Positions 27,401 through 39,700 of a stretch of DNA of 64,000 nt are shown in pieces. Source of the DNA: Chrysomallon squamiferum (lineage: Eukaryota > Animalia > Mollusca); contig CM022676.1 in assembly GCA_012295275.1 (NCBI GenBank), positions 12,648,001 to 12,712,000 on the forward strand. The letters are read 5' to 3'. Position numbers and translations under genes: made by a program. Every line of letters begins with the position of its first letter. Position 1 is the first letter of the stretch. The notes below the pieces were generated by a model that did no database searches, had not been told where the DNA came from, and saw only the letters and a list, made by a program, of their open reading frames with translations.

Positions 27401-30400
27401 GAAATAACTGCCTGGGGTAGCCTTTAGATTTTTATTTAATAAAACTAACTAAAAATATCACTTTCCTACACCCTGTCTTTTCTGAGACATGTAAAAATGT
27501 ATCAGTTATGATAAACACTGTGTTAAATATAACAATAATAATGATAATAACAAGACTTCCAGACACAATCATAAATATACATATTTGCAGGCATGTTACT
27601 GCATATTTATTTTAAAATCTTAACACTTATGTTTTTCAGTCCAAGCAGTATACCTGCACATGAAATGCCTGGTATGAGTTATAATTTTACTTTTTTATTT
27701 TATACTTTACCTATCATAAAATATGTTTTAAGTTTATCTAGGCTTTAATTTTAATTATTATTTTAACCTAAATTTTTCCTTTTTATTATTTTTTTTTTTT
27801 TTATTTTCTCCTTTTTATTATTTTTTTTTTGTATCTTCTCCTTTTTATTATTTTTTTCTTCTGTCAAAAATAATTTTATTTTTATTTTTATTTTTATCAT
27901 TATTCAGTAATTTAATAGTTTTAAAATTTATTATATCATAACTAACAAACACTTTTCCTTCACGTCATTAATAATATTGTTTTATTTTGGTTTTGGAAGA
28001 AAATGATTTATATTATACATCTAGTAATGAAGGTGTAAGGAACATACAATTGCCAGGTGACTGTTTGCAAATCTTTTCAGCTTTGTCTTTTTATTTGAGA
28101 AAAGAAATTAAAGAGTGTGTTATTTCACATCTTAATCAGTTAAGATAATATTTTAAAGATATAATTTCAGAATTTTTTTATTTTTTTTTGGTTTTTCTTT
28201 AGTAATATAAAATGTTTAAGAATAAAAAATTGTTAGGAAACAAATTACAGACTTGTAATATGTTATTTTGTCTTACTACTCTAAAACTGGACATATAGCA
28301 ACATGCTAACATATTAACTAGTTTATAATTAAATTGTAATATGCAGCCCAGATACCAGTTGAGGAATTGCAGGATTTATCCTGTGTGCTCCACAGATAAT
28401 TTATTAAAGCCTTGTTACATTCTTTCCTGTCTGTGGGAAGGTCAGTATATAACTTGCTTGTTGCACAGTAGGTTTCTTCTCTCATTAGCTGTGACCTAAG
28501 CATTGGATATGATAAAGTATAAATGATATGTGTTCTGAATCTCATTAAAAGAAACATTTCTTCTTTTGTTTTCATACTTTGTTTGTTGTTTTTCTAAAGT
28601 TTTAGAGGATAATGTGATCTATCACACAAATAATGCTGCATCTCCAAACAAGCTGCAAACACTAGGTGAGTGTAAATATATTGTTATTTTACCATCATTA
28701 TTAACATAATTTAGTTGTTTTAGAGTCGTATAACATTGTATGCTTAAAAATTATATTTTACATGTCAGCCACTGTTAGGACAGTGCCCCATTTTTTAATA
28801 ACAGTGGATTTTAGAAAATCTGATTTAATGCTTTAATACAAAACTACTACATTCTGATCATATTTGTTTAGTTGTTAATTTGCATAATGTTGCTGACTGA
28901 ATAGCAAGCAAACTGTGTTTAATTATAACAGATATAACCTTATGTCATTTAAACAGTAAACCAATAACTGGTTTATATTTTTGAACATGTGATAAAGATA
29001 ATGTTTAACTTCATATGTTAAGTGGACATGCTAGATCAAAAATGTACAAAATGTGAATAAACAAAATTGATTTTTAATTTTTTACATGACCATTGAGAAA
29101 ACATATTTAAAAAAGAAAAAACAGTACTTTAAATATACAGATAAATGTTTCATGTTTTTTTGCCAAAGGAAATGCATAACATTACTCATATAGCCATAAC
29201 AAATGGAAATATGGTTTATAAAACTTCATTTGATTTCTTATTTTTCTAACAAGCATAACTATGCTAACATTTTGGGGAAGATGCTGCATGAAAACTATTT
29301 GTGGTAGACATTCCAAATTTGAAATGTATATATTTAGAAACAAACACTACAAAAAGATAGAAAGAAGATCTTGGTAAGGTTAAATGTTCTTTTCAAAATA
29401 CAAATGAAAGACTTACTATTTAAAAAACAAAACAACAAACTGAGTATTTAAATAAAGGCTAACTTCTTTCTGTTATTTTGCAGAAACATGTTTATGATGA
29501 ACAACAGAAGTATGAATGTTACATATATAACTCCAATAAAATAAACGAGTATTAGTTTTTTAATGTTACCAAAGGGTTTTATTGCCATTGTTTCAATTCT
29601 GTAATATATATAATAATGATTTATCATTTTTGTCACATGTCCCTTTATTTAGAATAAAAAAAGTAATGCATTACTAAATTATTATTTTTTTTTCACAATC
29701 TTGGAAGACACAAATGTTGCTCAGACTGAGCCAGGTACAAGCAGAGAAAACGTGATTGAAAATCCAGGAAGGCAATATTCAGTTGTTATTAAGAACAAAT
29801 GTAAACAGAGCAATGATGCTGCAAAGAAAGAAAAAGAAGGAGGTATGATAAGAACAAAACATTACTTTGATAAAACATTTAACTGAAAGCCATAAAAATC
29901 AGATGTTATTTCATTTCATATGTACTTTCAATATTTTCAATAATTTATTTAATTACAGTTAGTTTAATTTCAAAACAGAATATTTTAGTTAGAAAGTGAA
30001 TTTATACCAGGAATGAATACAGATGAATCTTAAACTGAAATTTCCATGTATTAATATCCAAACAACTTTACAAGTAATAGTATTTTTCAAAATTACTTTC
30101 TCAGTTAGAATTTATTTTACATTTAAAATGTTTTTTGTTTTTCTTCCCCTGTTGCAGATGATAAAATACCACTGCATCAGTCTTCCAGGGGTAAATATAT
30201 TTTTGCATTTTAATAGTTGGTATCATTTTAAATTCATAATTAGCATAAAAAAAATAAAAAAAATAAAAACAATTCTTATGACTCTACATTGATTAGTGCC
30301 TTTCTCTTTCACATTTGATAAAATGAAATTTTAAAATTAAAACATTTGTTTATGTTTTTGTTCTGTGTCATTCAAGTTACATGTAAAATTTGGGGTTTTA

Positions 30401-30888
30401 AGGAATCATCTTCTCATAAACTATTGCCTGAGAAGCAGACATATTGCTTTGTCATTTTGTGTTTTAATTTAGGTGATACTTATGAAAATGTTGGAATTGG
30501 AAAAGAAGATAATACATATGCTAAGGCTGCCTACAATGAAAATGATGATCCTGTCTGTGAAAATTTCAAGGTAATTATAAGAAGTCTGGAAAAGACAAAA
30601 GAAATTACTTGAAAAGATATTGTTAATAACAGGAAGGCACATGCATACTTTGAAAATTGAAAACATCAAATGGTTGTTTCATAGTTTTTACCTCCATTGT
30701 TTCAGGGAGCAAAGCATGGACGAAATAAAGATGGGTTGCTGTATGTTGGTATAGATTTCTGTAACACACAACCAAGTAAACAAGTTCACAAAACAGAGGA
30801 CAAAGTGGAGTACGTCTCCATTGACTGGAACAAGAAAGCAGAACCACTTCCTGATGAAGATGACAAACAAACAGAACCAAAAACTTAA
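15365..30888 (+). CDS. Gene A: IgSF type I receptor (SP-7 Ig-FN3-TM-long tail with 2 ITIMs), nephrin/sidestep-like architecture, ~1096 aa, spliced
   Basis: Manually joined GT-AG exons with consistent phases: 15365-15431, 17785-18090, 20437-20775, 21334-21597, 21964-22281, 22600-22896, 23688-23984, 24524-25162, 25444-25581, 25832-25853, 27640-27671, 28000-28056, 28600-28665, 29708-29842, 30158-30190, 30473-30570, 30706-30888. Total 3291 nt, open to TAA. The cytoplasmic micro-exons are less certain than the ectodomain exons. Confidence 0.85.
17785..18090 (+). CDS. Gene A exon 2, Ig-like domain D1 (V-like, 6 Cys)
   Basis: tgtag|GT...CACA|gtaag. YTFHC...LTLTINSVSLVDETEWLC fits the B, E and F strand pattern. 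Confidence 0.9.
20437..20775 (+). CDS. Gene A exon 3, Ig-like domain D2 (C2-type)
   Basis: tttcag acceptor. EGDSAVFTC..GAKPAP..W..TASRDHDGWKVFCAAEN. Confidence 0.92.
21334..21597 (+). CDS. Gene A exon 4, Ig-like domain D3
   Basis: acag acceptor, gtatgt donor. CVC..GTPAGTVSW..YNNQNYTC. Confidence 0.92.
21964..22281 (+). CDS. Gene A exon 5, Ig-like domain D4
   Basis: LTLTCKSASSSPSVTFTW..DGDEIEC; gtgagt donor. Confidence 0.92.
22600..22896 (+). CDS. Gene A exon 6, Ig-like domain D5
   Basis: YPPVNPPEI..EGDTLNIRCVVSGGKP..CQCSA; gtaagt donor. Confidence 0.92.
23180..23525. mobile_element. Probable non-autonomous DNA transposon fragment in intron 6 (also at ~41456-41810)
   Basis: GC-richer block ending gggtgatttgtcacggaatgac; a similar terminus gggtcattccg occurs at 33635. 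Present in both duplicates, so it predates the duplication or conversion. Confidence 0.5.
23688..23984 (+). CDS. Gene A exon 7, Ig-like domain D6
   Basis: INCSADGRP..EESGIYVCSVENGI. Confidence 0.92.
24524..25162 (+). CDS. Gene A exon 8, Ig-like domain D7 plus FN3 domain
   Basis: DDIGTYKLTVCNEVG, then GPPLPP..LSW..GG..QRFILQY..TNLQSKQVYNIQLSAES (FN3). Confidence 0.92.
25444..25581 (+). CDS. Gene A exon 9, transmembrane segment
   Basis: DLEEHGVSSALLGAAVGGAVVTFIVVIVILILFLRRHH; acag acceptor, gtaaga donor; basic stop-transfer residues. Confidence 0.9.
26533..26898. mobile_element. Mutator-like MITE in a gene A intron
   Basis: TIR core aggacaattgcccc / ggggcaattgtcct with subterminal repeats; perfect 9-bp TSD ataaaccat (26524-26532, 26899-26907). 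Confidence 0.8.
30473..30570 (+). CDS. Gene A penultimate exon (TYENV, TYAK tyrosine motifs)
   Basis: tttag acceptor, AAG|gtaatt donor. GDTYENVGIGKEDNTYAKAAYNENDDPVCENFK. Confidence 0.8.
30706..30888 (+). CDS. Gene A last coding exon with tandem ITIMs
   Basis: tttcag acceptor. GLLYVGIDF...KVEYVSIDW...KT*. Both motifs fit (S/I/V/L)xYxx(I/V/L). Confidence 0.85.
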   Translation, partial: GAKHGRNKDGLLYVGIDFCNTQPSKQVHKTEDKVEYVSIDWNKKAEPLPDEDDKQTEPKT

Positions 30889-32615
30889 TAGACAGCATCA
30901 GTAATATTAATATGGGACCAAACCCCTTTAAAAACTACAGCAAAATGAAATAAAAATCCACTATTTACATTATTTCATCTATATATTTTTATTTTAGTTT
31001 ACTTTACAGAATATGATCAACTATTTATTGTTTGGCACTTTTTATCTTTATCTGCCATAAACAAAAATACTGATGTATTTTATTATACAGAGAAATTTGT
31101 ATATCCATTTAGAAGAGATCATTAGATTTCTTCCATTAATTAAAATACAATGACCATGGAATTCCAACAAATGCTTTGCAAGAATTATTAATTATTGAAC
31201 AAACCATTTCTAAAATTTCTTAACTAACATTATTTAAACTCTTGGGTTACAACTTCGGTTCTAATATCTTTGCTTCATGTACAAACAGTCTGGTTGTGTT
31301 ACTGTGAACTCAGTGTCACAAGATGATTTATAATTGGTGACTACTTCTTTTAGAGTGCAGAAAAAGAAAAATCTTTTAGAAAATTTAAAAATAATTCCTT
31401 TTTTCTCCTATCCTTTTTTGTATGCTTTTACTTATTGTTAAATATATTTTATGATTAAAATAATAATAATATCTTCTTTTATATATATATATATTTTTTT
31501 TAATATACAACATACTTGTATTTCTTGTATGGTTTTTTTGTTTGTTTGTTTTTGGTTGTTCTTTTTTTTATATGTGTTTTTCTTAAACAGAAAATTGTGT
31601 TAAATGTTTTTGGAATAGAATAACGATGCATAAAAATTAGATTTTGATACAAGTCTAAATTTGTTTCATTTTGAGTTCTGTAATTTGCATGTGTATATGA
31701 ATATATTCATTTGAGATCTAAATGAATGTCAGACAAAACTTTTAGCCATTTTTCATTCATATTTTTTGTTGCTTTCATAGTTTGTGAATTACAATGAGTT
31801 TAGTTGTTCAATAAATTGACTTTGTTTTATAACCAGATAATAAAAAATTTAACTACAATACTGATATTTACTAATCTGAAGAAAAATACTTTAATAACAT
31901 TAGTCTGATGTCAAGTTACTAAGACTGTTTTTTTTTACCTTTTTTCCTCTTTCATACATAGCATTTAAAACATGTTCAGTCAAAATAGTGTTATAATTTT
32001 CATATAGTTCATTCTTTATGTGAATAGTGTTGTAAGTATTATTAAATATTGCAAAACTTTATTTTTATTCATAATATTAAATTCAAATAGTTTAAAATTA
32101 ATATTGTTTATTAATTTTCAGTATTACGAACAATGAAATAAGAGCTGATTTTACCAAATCCCGTGTTTTTCTACACTGAATTCTGTATCAGATTGCACCC
32201 GTTTTTTGGATATTTTAAAAATGTTTGTTTTTATATTGTTGTATCCTTTTTAATTGATTACTTCTACTTAATAATGTTTATTGATAGAAATAAAAGCTCA
32301 TAACATTTTCTAATACTTATTAACATTCCTCCTGCTTCAGACTGTGATTTTAGACTGTTTAGAAAGGATATGAATTAACATTTTATTTAAAAAGTATTTG
32401 TACAATATAAATAATTTTTTTTTATCATAATAAGAAATGTTATTAACAATGTATTGTTTTCTTGTTTGTTTGATATCTAGATTCTTCATTGTTTTATTTC
32501 TAGTTTTTCATTTCGTTTTTGGTTATCTTGGTTTTAATTGCTGAAAAATAATAATAATGGTTTATTTGTAATTCTTTTTTTTCATATAATAACATTACTA
32601 AATAAATAGATAAAT

Positions 32616-32652
<37 letters not shown>

Positions 32653-32963
32653 TCATGTACATATTTTTTGTATGGTAATATATCTTTTCTGTTTCTGTTT
32701 ATTCTACAAATGAAACGAAAAAACACATGCAAGTTGTTAATTTATTTTCTGTAAATTGTAATTTATTTTATCATCGAATGAAAATAAAAGCAAATTATTT
32801 TTATCATAAGTTTTTGTAATTAGAATTAATAAACAGCTTTTCAGATTTGAACCTGACATTTTATTTTGATAAATGTTTGCCGTTTCAACTACTCATCAGT
32901 AATAATATGATACTGAATGTTTATAAAACATCTTTAAATTCGGCCTGAACTGAAAATCAAAAT

Positions 32964-33227
32964 ATGCGTCAGCAAACTGTTACCGCGTCGCTTGTTATTT
33001 TGCTTGTTGCATTGATGACCAGTTCTTACTGGACTTTCACATTAGCTAACTCAAGATGTATATCTTTGCTGTGGTCAGTAATCCAATCCAACATTTATTT
33101 TGAAGTTTTCTCCCAGAGCCAACAAATCAGGAACAATAACTCACTCAGAATATCATACGATACAGCCGAAGCAGAAATCATGCACAATTTTAATATATGT
33201 TTATGTGTCACTGAATGGAATGATTAC

Positions 33228-33264
<37 letters not shown>

Positions 33265-34697
33265 GATAAGGATTTAGATTTTATAATTTTGCATTCCTTT
33301 TTGCTAAAATACATGCATTCTACAATGTATTTCAAAGCAAGACTAACAAAATTGGTGATTGTTTTGGTATTCAGTTTTATAGTTCTTAGAAAAAAAAAAA
33401 GTAATCCGATATTAAACACTGGGAGACAAGATTTCAAAAGTATCTAGTTCGATGTATGTAATAGTAATCACAGTTTTTTTTGTAAAAGATGAATGAAAGC
33501 ATTGCAGTATTTTGTAAGAATAATGACATAATTAATCACGTTTCATTTGTAACAAAATATTGTCATCATTAATAAAATGAACCAAGAAAAAGGGCTGCAA
33601 TGCAAATGTTCATGCACCTAATTAAATATATATTGGGTCATTCCGCGTCAATCCTCTGAAATTTCGATTTTTAGCGTTATCGGAGAAGCGGTTTTTGAGA
33701 TATAACATTGGAAATGTCGACAAAAATGGGTGTAACTGCTAAATTCCAAAAAGCATATCTCCGCAAACTGTTCTGAAATAAATATTTCTAGGAAGGTGAT
33801 TTAACAAGAATTCCAGAAATGACGTTATTTCTTTGACGTGTTTGATATTTGATGCGTGATAATCTTTTGACCATGAAATGGGCTTGCATGAAAAATGTAT
33901 CATTCTAACAATGTACAATTTTTTTTTTTCATGAAATTTTATTATTTCTCGCTTGCTTGTAAAATGATGTTAAAGATCTTTTGGATCTGTTTGGATTCCA
34001 AAACGCGATATCCTGTGCAGTCTCGAAGTCCCATTATATATTATATTATATATTATCATTATCAAGGAATCACCAAAGTTTTTAGCGAGTCTCCCATTTC
34101 TAATCAACAGTTTTAAACACAATATAAATCATTATGATCTATGGAATGGCCGCCACTCGAATTAAACTTGAAAAAAGATTGGCCACATGGACTAATACTT
34201 CCTTTTGTAACATACTATTTACTATCTACAGCCATTCCGTATTAGGCTCCGGTAAGTTCATTTTATAAAATAACAAGAAATGATATAACTCCAATATGTT
34301 TTATTTATATTGTGTATTTTTCATGCAAGCGCGTTCCGAGCTAATGCGATCTTCAAAATCAAATCCAAGATCAAAACGAAGGTTAAAATATCTGTCATAT
34401 CCCTAGCCACAAAATAATGTTATTTTTAGAATCCTTGTTTAAATCATCTTTCTAGAAATACCAATTTCAGCACGAGTCAGAAACTGGTTGCTGAAATGGG
34501 ACATTTGAAAATACAATGTTTCATCAAAATCGGAGGGAGTAAACTTTCTTCCATTCGGTGATTTGATGTGGAATGATCCAATACTTAAATAAGAGTACAT
34601 AGAATTGGGATAATCTGGACAGAAGTTAAAAAATTTTTGTTTATCCAAAGCGAAGTCCAGATAGGGTTCAGCGTAAATTACATTTAAAAAACAAACA

Positions 34698-34729
<32 letters not shown>

Positions 34730-35600
34730 GGTTTACACTGCATGGTTGTTTTGTGACAAAAAGGCAGATTATTGTCTTAATATTAACTGTGGTATATGTA
34801 CATATGCGAGTTCACAGTTAAACTTTTTGTTTGTTTTATTATTTTTTTGTTGTTGGAAATTTTGGTTCTTTTTTAATTTAAAATGTAAATTAGAAATAAC
34901 ACTGATTAACGGCAATCGGTAAAATGTGATACACCTTCAACTCAGTCGCATTATAATCAGATTGCAGACATTAATTTGTACTGGGTAGTACAGCACTCTC
35001 ACTAACAAATCTGCAATTTAAAATATCTATAAATGTACAAACGCTTAAACTGTTAATATACCCTAAACTAATATGGGTTTTTCATCAATTTCGAGTCTGC
35101 AGAAAATGAATTCTGTGCACTCTGAGAAAACCGGCACCATGTATATATATGTATATATATATAATATCATCCATCTCATTATAATATTTAAATATGTTGA
35201 ACTTGAAATTAATCATAAGCTAACTGCTTTTTAGTGTTTTAGATCTCGAATCAGCTCCTGAATGGTGTTACTGCACAAATGTGTCACAAACTTCAGTAGA
35301 CATCAAGTGGAAATACGACACAAACAAGTTCACTAGATTCACTGTTGAACAACGCTTGTCTACTGAAGACCAGTCTATCAGTCTGCAAGTGTCAGACAAT
35401 AAGACACACGACAAGACTTTTTCTTTACACGTTTCTCATCTCAAGTCCAACCAGCAAACAGAATGCTGCTGAATGAGGAAAGTTGTTTAGTTAGAATCTG
35501 GTTTTGTTTCCACAGTGGCATCTAGATGAAAATGAAATAGAGTGTGAAACTAAGAATTCTCAGATACCTGAACAAAACCAAAAAACAAAAACTACAATGA
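32964..35600 (+). pseudogene. Relic gene: signal-peptide exon (32964-33057), truncated FN3-like exon (35243-35472), then a decayed fragment of the D4 exon (~35477-35600)
   Basis: MRQQTVTASLVILLVALMTSSYWTFTLANSR with a phase-1 gt donor. tttag|..APEWCYCTNVSQTSVDIKW..FTVEQ..FSLHVSHLKSN fits FN3 strands A-E. Then ggaaagttgtttagttagaatctggttttg... matches 22149-22270 but carries stops. Confidence 0.55.
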
Positions 35601-36496
35601 ATTTGTAATAAAATTGGAGATGAATCTCATTATATATTTGAACGTAATGATCCTGTATTATTAAATGCGAGTAAAGGTATAAATACATAGACATCCAAAC
35701 ATCATTTCATAACATCATTTGTTTAACAGCAAAAATACATTTATATTAAAAAGGTTATGTTTGTTAATAAGAACTATATGTGAGAGAGTATGTTTTCCAT
35801 GTTAAACTTATAGGTATGTGCATTTTAATTTTGTTATTATATATTTGTAACACATTCTTCTCTGTACTGTAATCATAAAGTTTATGAAATTAAAGTCATT
35901 GTTACTGTTACTGATTCTTCGATTTACTTCATCTGTTTCGTTTTTGTAACTAATTGAAATTCAAGGTAGTTTCATATCTGTATTTGTTATTATTAAAACT
36001 TATCAGAAAATATATTATGTATGCTTTCCCAGTGCGGATTCAATACTGGTCAGTATATTAATTGCATCTATTTACGTAGCTATTTATCTCTAATGATTTT
36101 AATTAGCACACATGATTGAATATAGATTATTGTAAAATTAAAGACAATCGAAAGATTTTGAGCTGTAGTTCATTATTTAGAGTGGAAAATCAACTCAGAA
36201 TATAAACTTGAAAAATCAAACAACAACAACAACCCCCACAAGAAAAGAAACAACAAACAACAACTAAACTAAAACAAAAACAAACACAAACAGAAAAAAT
36301 CTAAAACAAAAATATAAGCAACAACAAGTTACATTTATTTTAATGACAAGCTAAATAATATATATCTAGCTATGTATGTGTTTGTATATAGCAAGTGAAA
36401 ATAATAACATTTAGGATAATAAAAGTAAAAAGCTGATTTATGACGAAGGGTAAAGCTATAAATATTTTCTTGAATTTGTAAAAGACTTGGCCTCAA

Positions 36497-36637
<141 letters not shown>

Positions 36638-36684
36638 ATACTGTATATGGATGCATAAAGTTGCTATTGAATTAATTGTAATAA

Positions 36685-36782
36685 TCATTTATCACTTTTC
36701 TTCAGATTTGCATACAGCCCCAGATTGGTGTATTGTGGATCTTCTCTGTTTTTTTGTAGACATTCGTACGGTGTTGTCTGTT
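36685..36782 (-). CDS. Gene B last coding exon, ITAM module 2
   Basis: ctctaag acceptor (phase 1). EQTTPYECLQKNREDPQYTNLGLYANLKKSDK*, clearly homologous to exon 10. Competing upstream AG acceptors exist. Confidence 0.75.
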
Positions 36783-39700
36783 CTTAGAGTCTGAGATGCA
36801 ACATCTGCAAAGAATTTGAAAAAATCAAAAATATATTTTTAGACACGTTTTCTACAAATATACTTTTGTTGTAAAGACCTGATATCATTTACAAACCTTT
36901 TCACTGACTGCATTGCATTGTGTTAATTCGTTTTTGATCAATTTAAAATAATTATGACTTATGGAAAAATGAAAGTCGATGATAAACCTTTTTGAAATGA
37001 AATTATAAGGCTAGCTTTTGAAATGGCAGTCTAAACAAAGATTGCATTATTTCATCTCCTAGCAACATTCACATGACTGATGTACTAAAGCAGGGGTCAC
37101 CAACCGTTGTGAACGTGAGAGCTACTTCATAGGTACTGAGTCATACGAAGGGCTATCAGTTTGTTACACTCTTCTTAAATGACATTGATCACATTAATGA
37201 TTTCTCACAATAATTATCACCAATGACTTAACAAGGTTGGATACGGATAATATCAGTTCTATTGACCTGCGGGCGACTCATGAGGTTCTTGGGGGCGACC
37301 TGGTGCCCGCGATTACTGTGTTGGTGATCCGTGTTCTAAAGTGACGTGTCAAAGAGAACATTCAAATAAAGGGTCCTCTGTGCCAATCAAATATAAATTA
37401 GCTACTGTGTGATAGATACAGTTTTTCTCGTTCCTTACATAAAAGATTCTTGACGGTTCAGAAGATTATAAAATATATTAAATGCTTCAGTAAAATCATA
37501 ATTTCTTCTTCGAACAAAGAAACAAGCAGTACAAATAAATAAATAAATGAAAATCATGTACAACGATTGAAAAGTTACCAGTTTGTCTCAGATTTTCATA
37601 CATCTCAATTCTCGAGTATTGTGTAGTTTCTCTATTTTGTTGAAGTCCTTCATATGTTGTCTCTGGAGGTTTATTTTCTTTAAAATAAAAAGAAAACGAA
37701 ACATAAATATTTTTCATAGACATATTTTGTTAGTTAAAAAATATATCGTTATTTCTAATTACCCGATTTCCTTGAAAAGTGTCCACGTCTTCTAAGAGAA
37801 AGAACAAGTATCACTATGACAACAATGACAGTCACAGAACCAACAGCTCCGCCTACAGCTGCACCAAGCAGAGAATTAGAACCAGTTTTTTCTTCTAAAT
37901 CTGTAAGAAAAACAAAAAAGGTTTTTCAAATAAACATCAATATAAAATTATTAGAGGCAGTACATTTTTAATGTGACAAAATGTAATTTCAAAATAGGAC
38001 AGAAACTGAGCCAAGGTATTGAGAACAAAATATCATTTGTAGTTCTCGAGATTTCTACTTTGAAACTTACCCTAGGATTATTTTAAAACCGGTATTACTA
38101 AATTGTAGTAGCATTATAATATCACTAATATTATTTTTTGGGATACATGTCACCAAACATTAATGGTACTACCCATGGAACAACTACAGTAGTACCTTGA
38201 CTTACGAGTTTATTTCGATCTGTGACCGAACTTGTATCTCAAATGTGCTCTTACATCAAATCAATTTTCTCAAATGAAATTAATTGAAATACCATTAATC
38301 CATTCCAACCCCCCAAAACCAGGCCAATTAATTGTAAAGTGTTTTTAAATAAGAAAAATGTATGTGTAAATGACAATGACAATGTATGAAAAACAAAATA
38401 AAAGAGAATGTAAAGAAATAAATTGGTTTTGTAAAGTACTTTAAATCTTTTATCTCAGTTTAGGCATATAGGAATTGTTTACATCCATAAAATCGCTTTT
38501 ACTATAATGCTACTGTCAGAAAACAAAAGAAAATAGTACTGTACACTGATATGCAGTTTATTTCTCAGCAAAAATTAGCATGCACAAATATGTACAAGAA
38601 AATACACAAATAATTATGGTATTTATCAGTGATGGATTGCTACGTTCTAAAACATCTAGAATGAAGCCTAAATGAAATCTGTCAGAAAGTCTTGTCAATA
38701 CTCTAGTCCTATGAAATAAATCTCTTTGTTTTTCGAACATCAATTCCTTTTAGATAGGCACACTAATGAAGCCAACTAGCTATGGACCTAGGATGCAGAC
38801 CTTAGTGTCACAGTTTTGTTATCTACAATTTTGATTTTGCATTTGATTTTTGTAAAACAGTTTCCTCAGTCCAGAAACTGTTTATTGTATTTCAATAATA
38901 TACACATAAAGGGACCTGTTTCTTTATTTTTACATTGCAAACGACATGTATTATGTTCTTAAGAGAAGCCTGTTTGCCCCTAAACAGAGGTAAAAGGCAA
39001 CTGGCATATTCATGGATATTGTTCCTATAAGGTCGGTGCTATTAACATGTTATGACATTTATTCCTTCAAAATAGTCTAGCTCGGGTCACGCGTATAATA
39101 ATTGGAAATACATTTAAACGTTTTATATAATTAAAATTACTAAATTTTTTTTTTAAAATTATTATATGTCTATTAACTCTTTTGGAATACGTTTTTTTCC
39201 AAATAATTTTTTTTTTTTTTTTTTTTTTTTACTGTGACCAATTCTAATCTTTTCTTATCCTTTGTTGTAGCTTGAAGTGCATTTTTGATCTTTGTAAAAA
39301 TATAACTATAAAACCTTACAAAAAATCACAAAGTAACAATCTCCATTATTTTTTATAATCACATGGTTATTGTCAAATCATAAATTTCAATTTATCTTTA
39401 TTTCGTTTTTAAACAATTTTATAATATACAGTTTACTTACCCTGTGTTGTAACTTCAAGTGTAACATATTTACTGGTGTTATTTGAAAGTCTGTTACTTT
39501 GAGCTGACACATGAATGTCATAAACTTGTTTAGACTGAAGATCTGTGATGTTGAAAAGTATTTTATGTCCGTATGCTGAGTCATCAAACCATTTAGTTTT
39601 CCAAGTAATCCAGTTAGAGTCACTTTGTGGTTTGTACTGCAGAATAAATCTTTGTTTGAAATGACCACCTGGGTAGTTAGGTAGCCATGACAAGAACACT

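Noticed and set aside
15365-30888. Assigning a gene symbol such as nephrin (NPHS1), hemicentin or Dscam
   Set aside because: Only the domain architecture is similar; domain number and tails do not support orthology.
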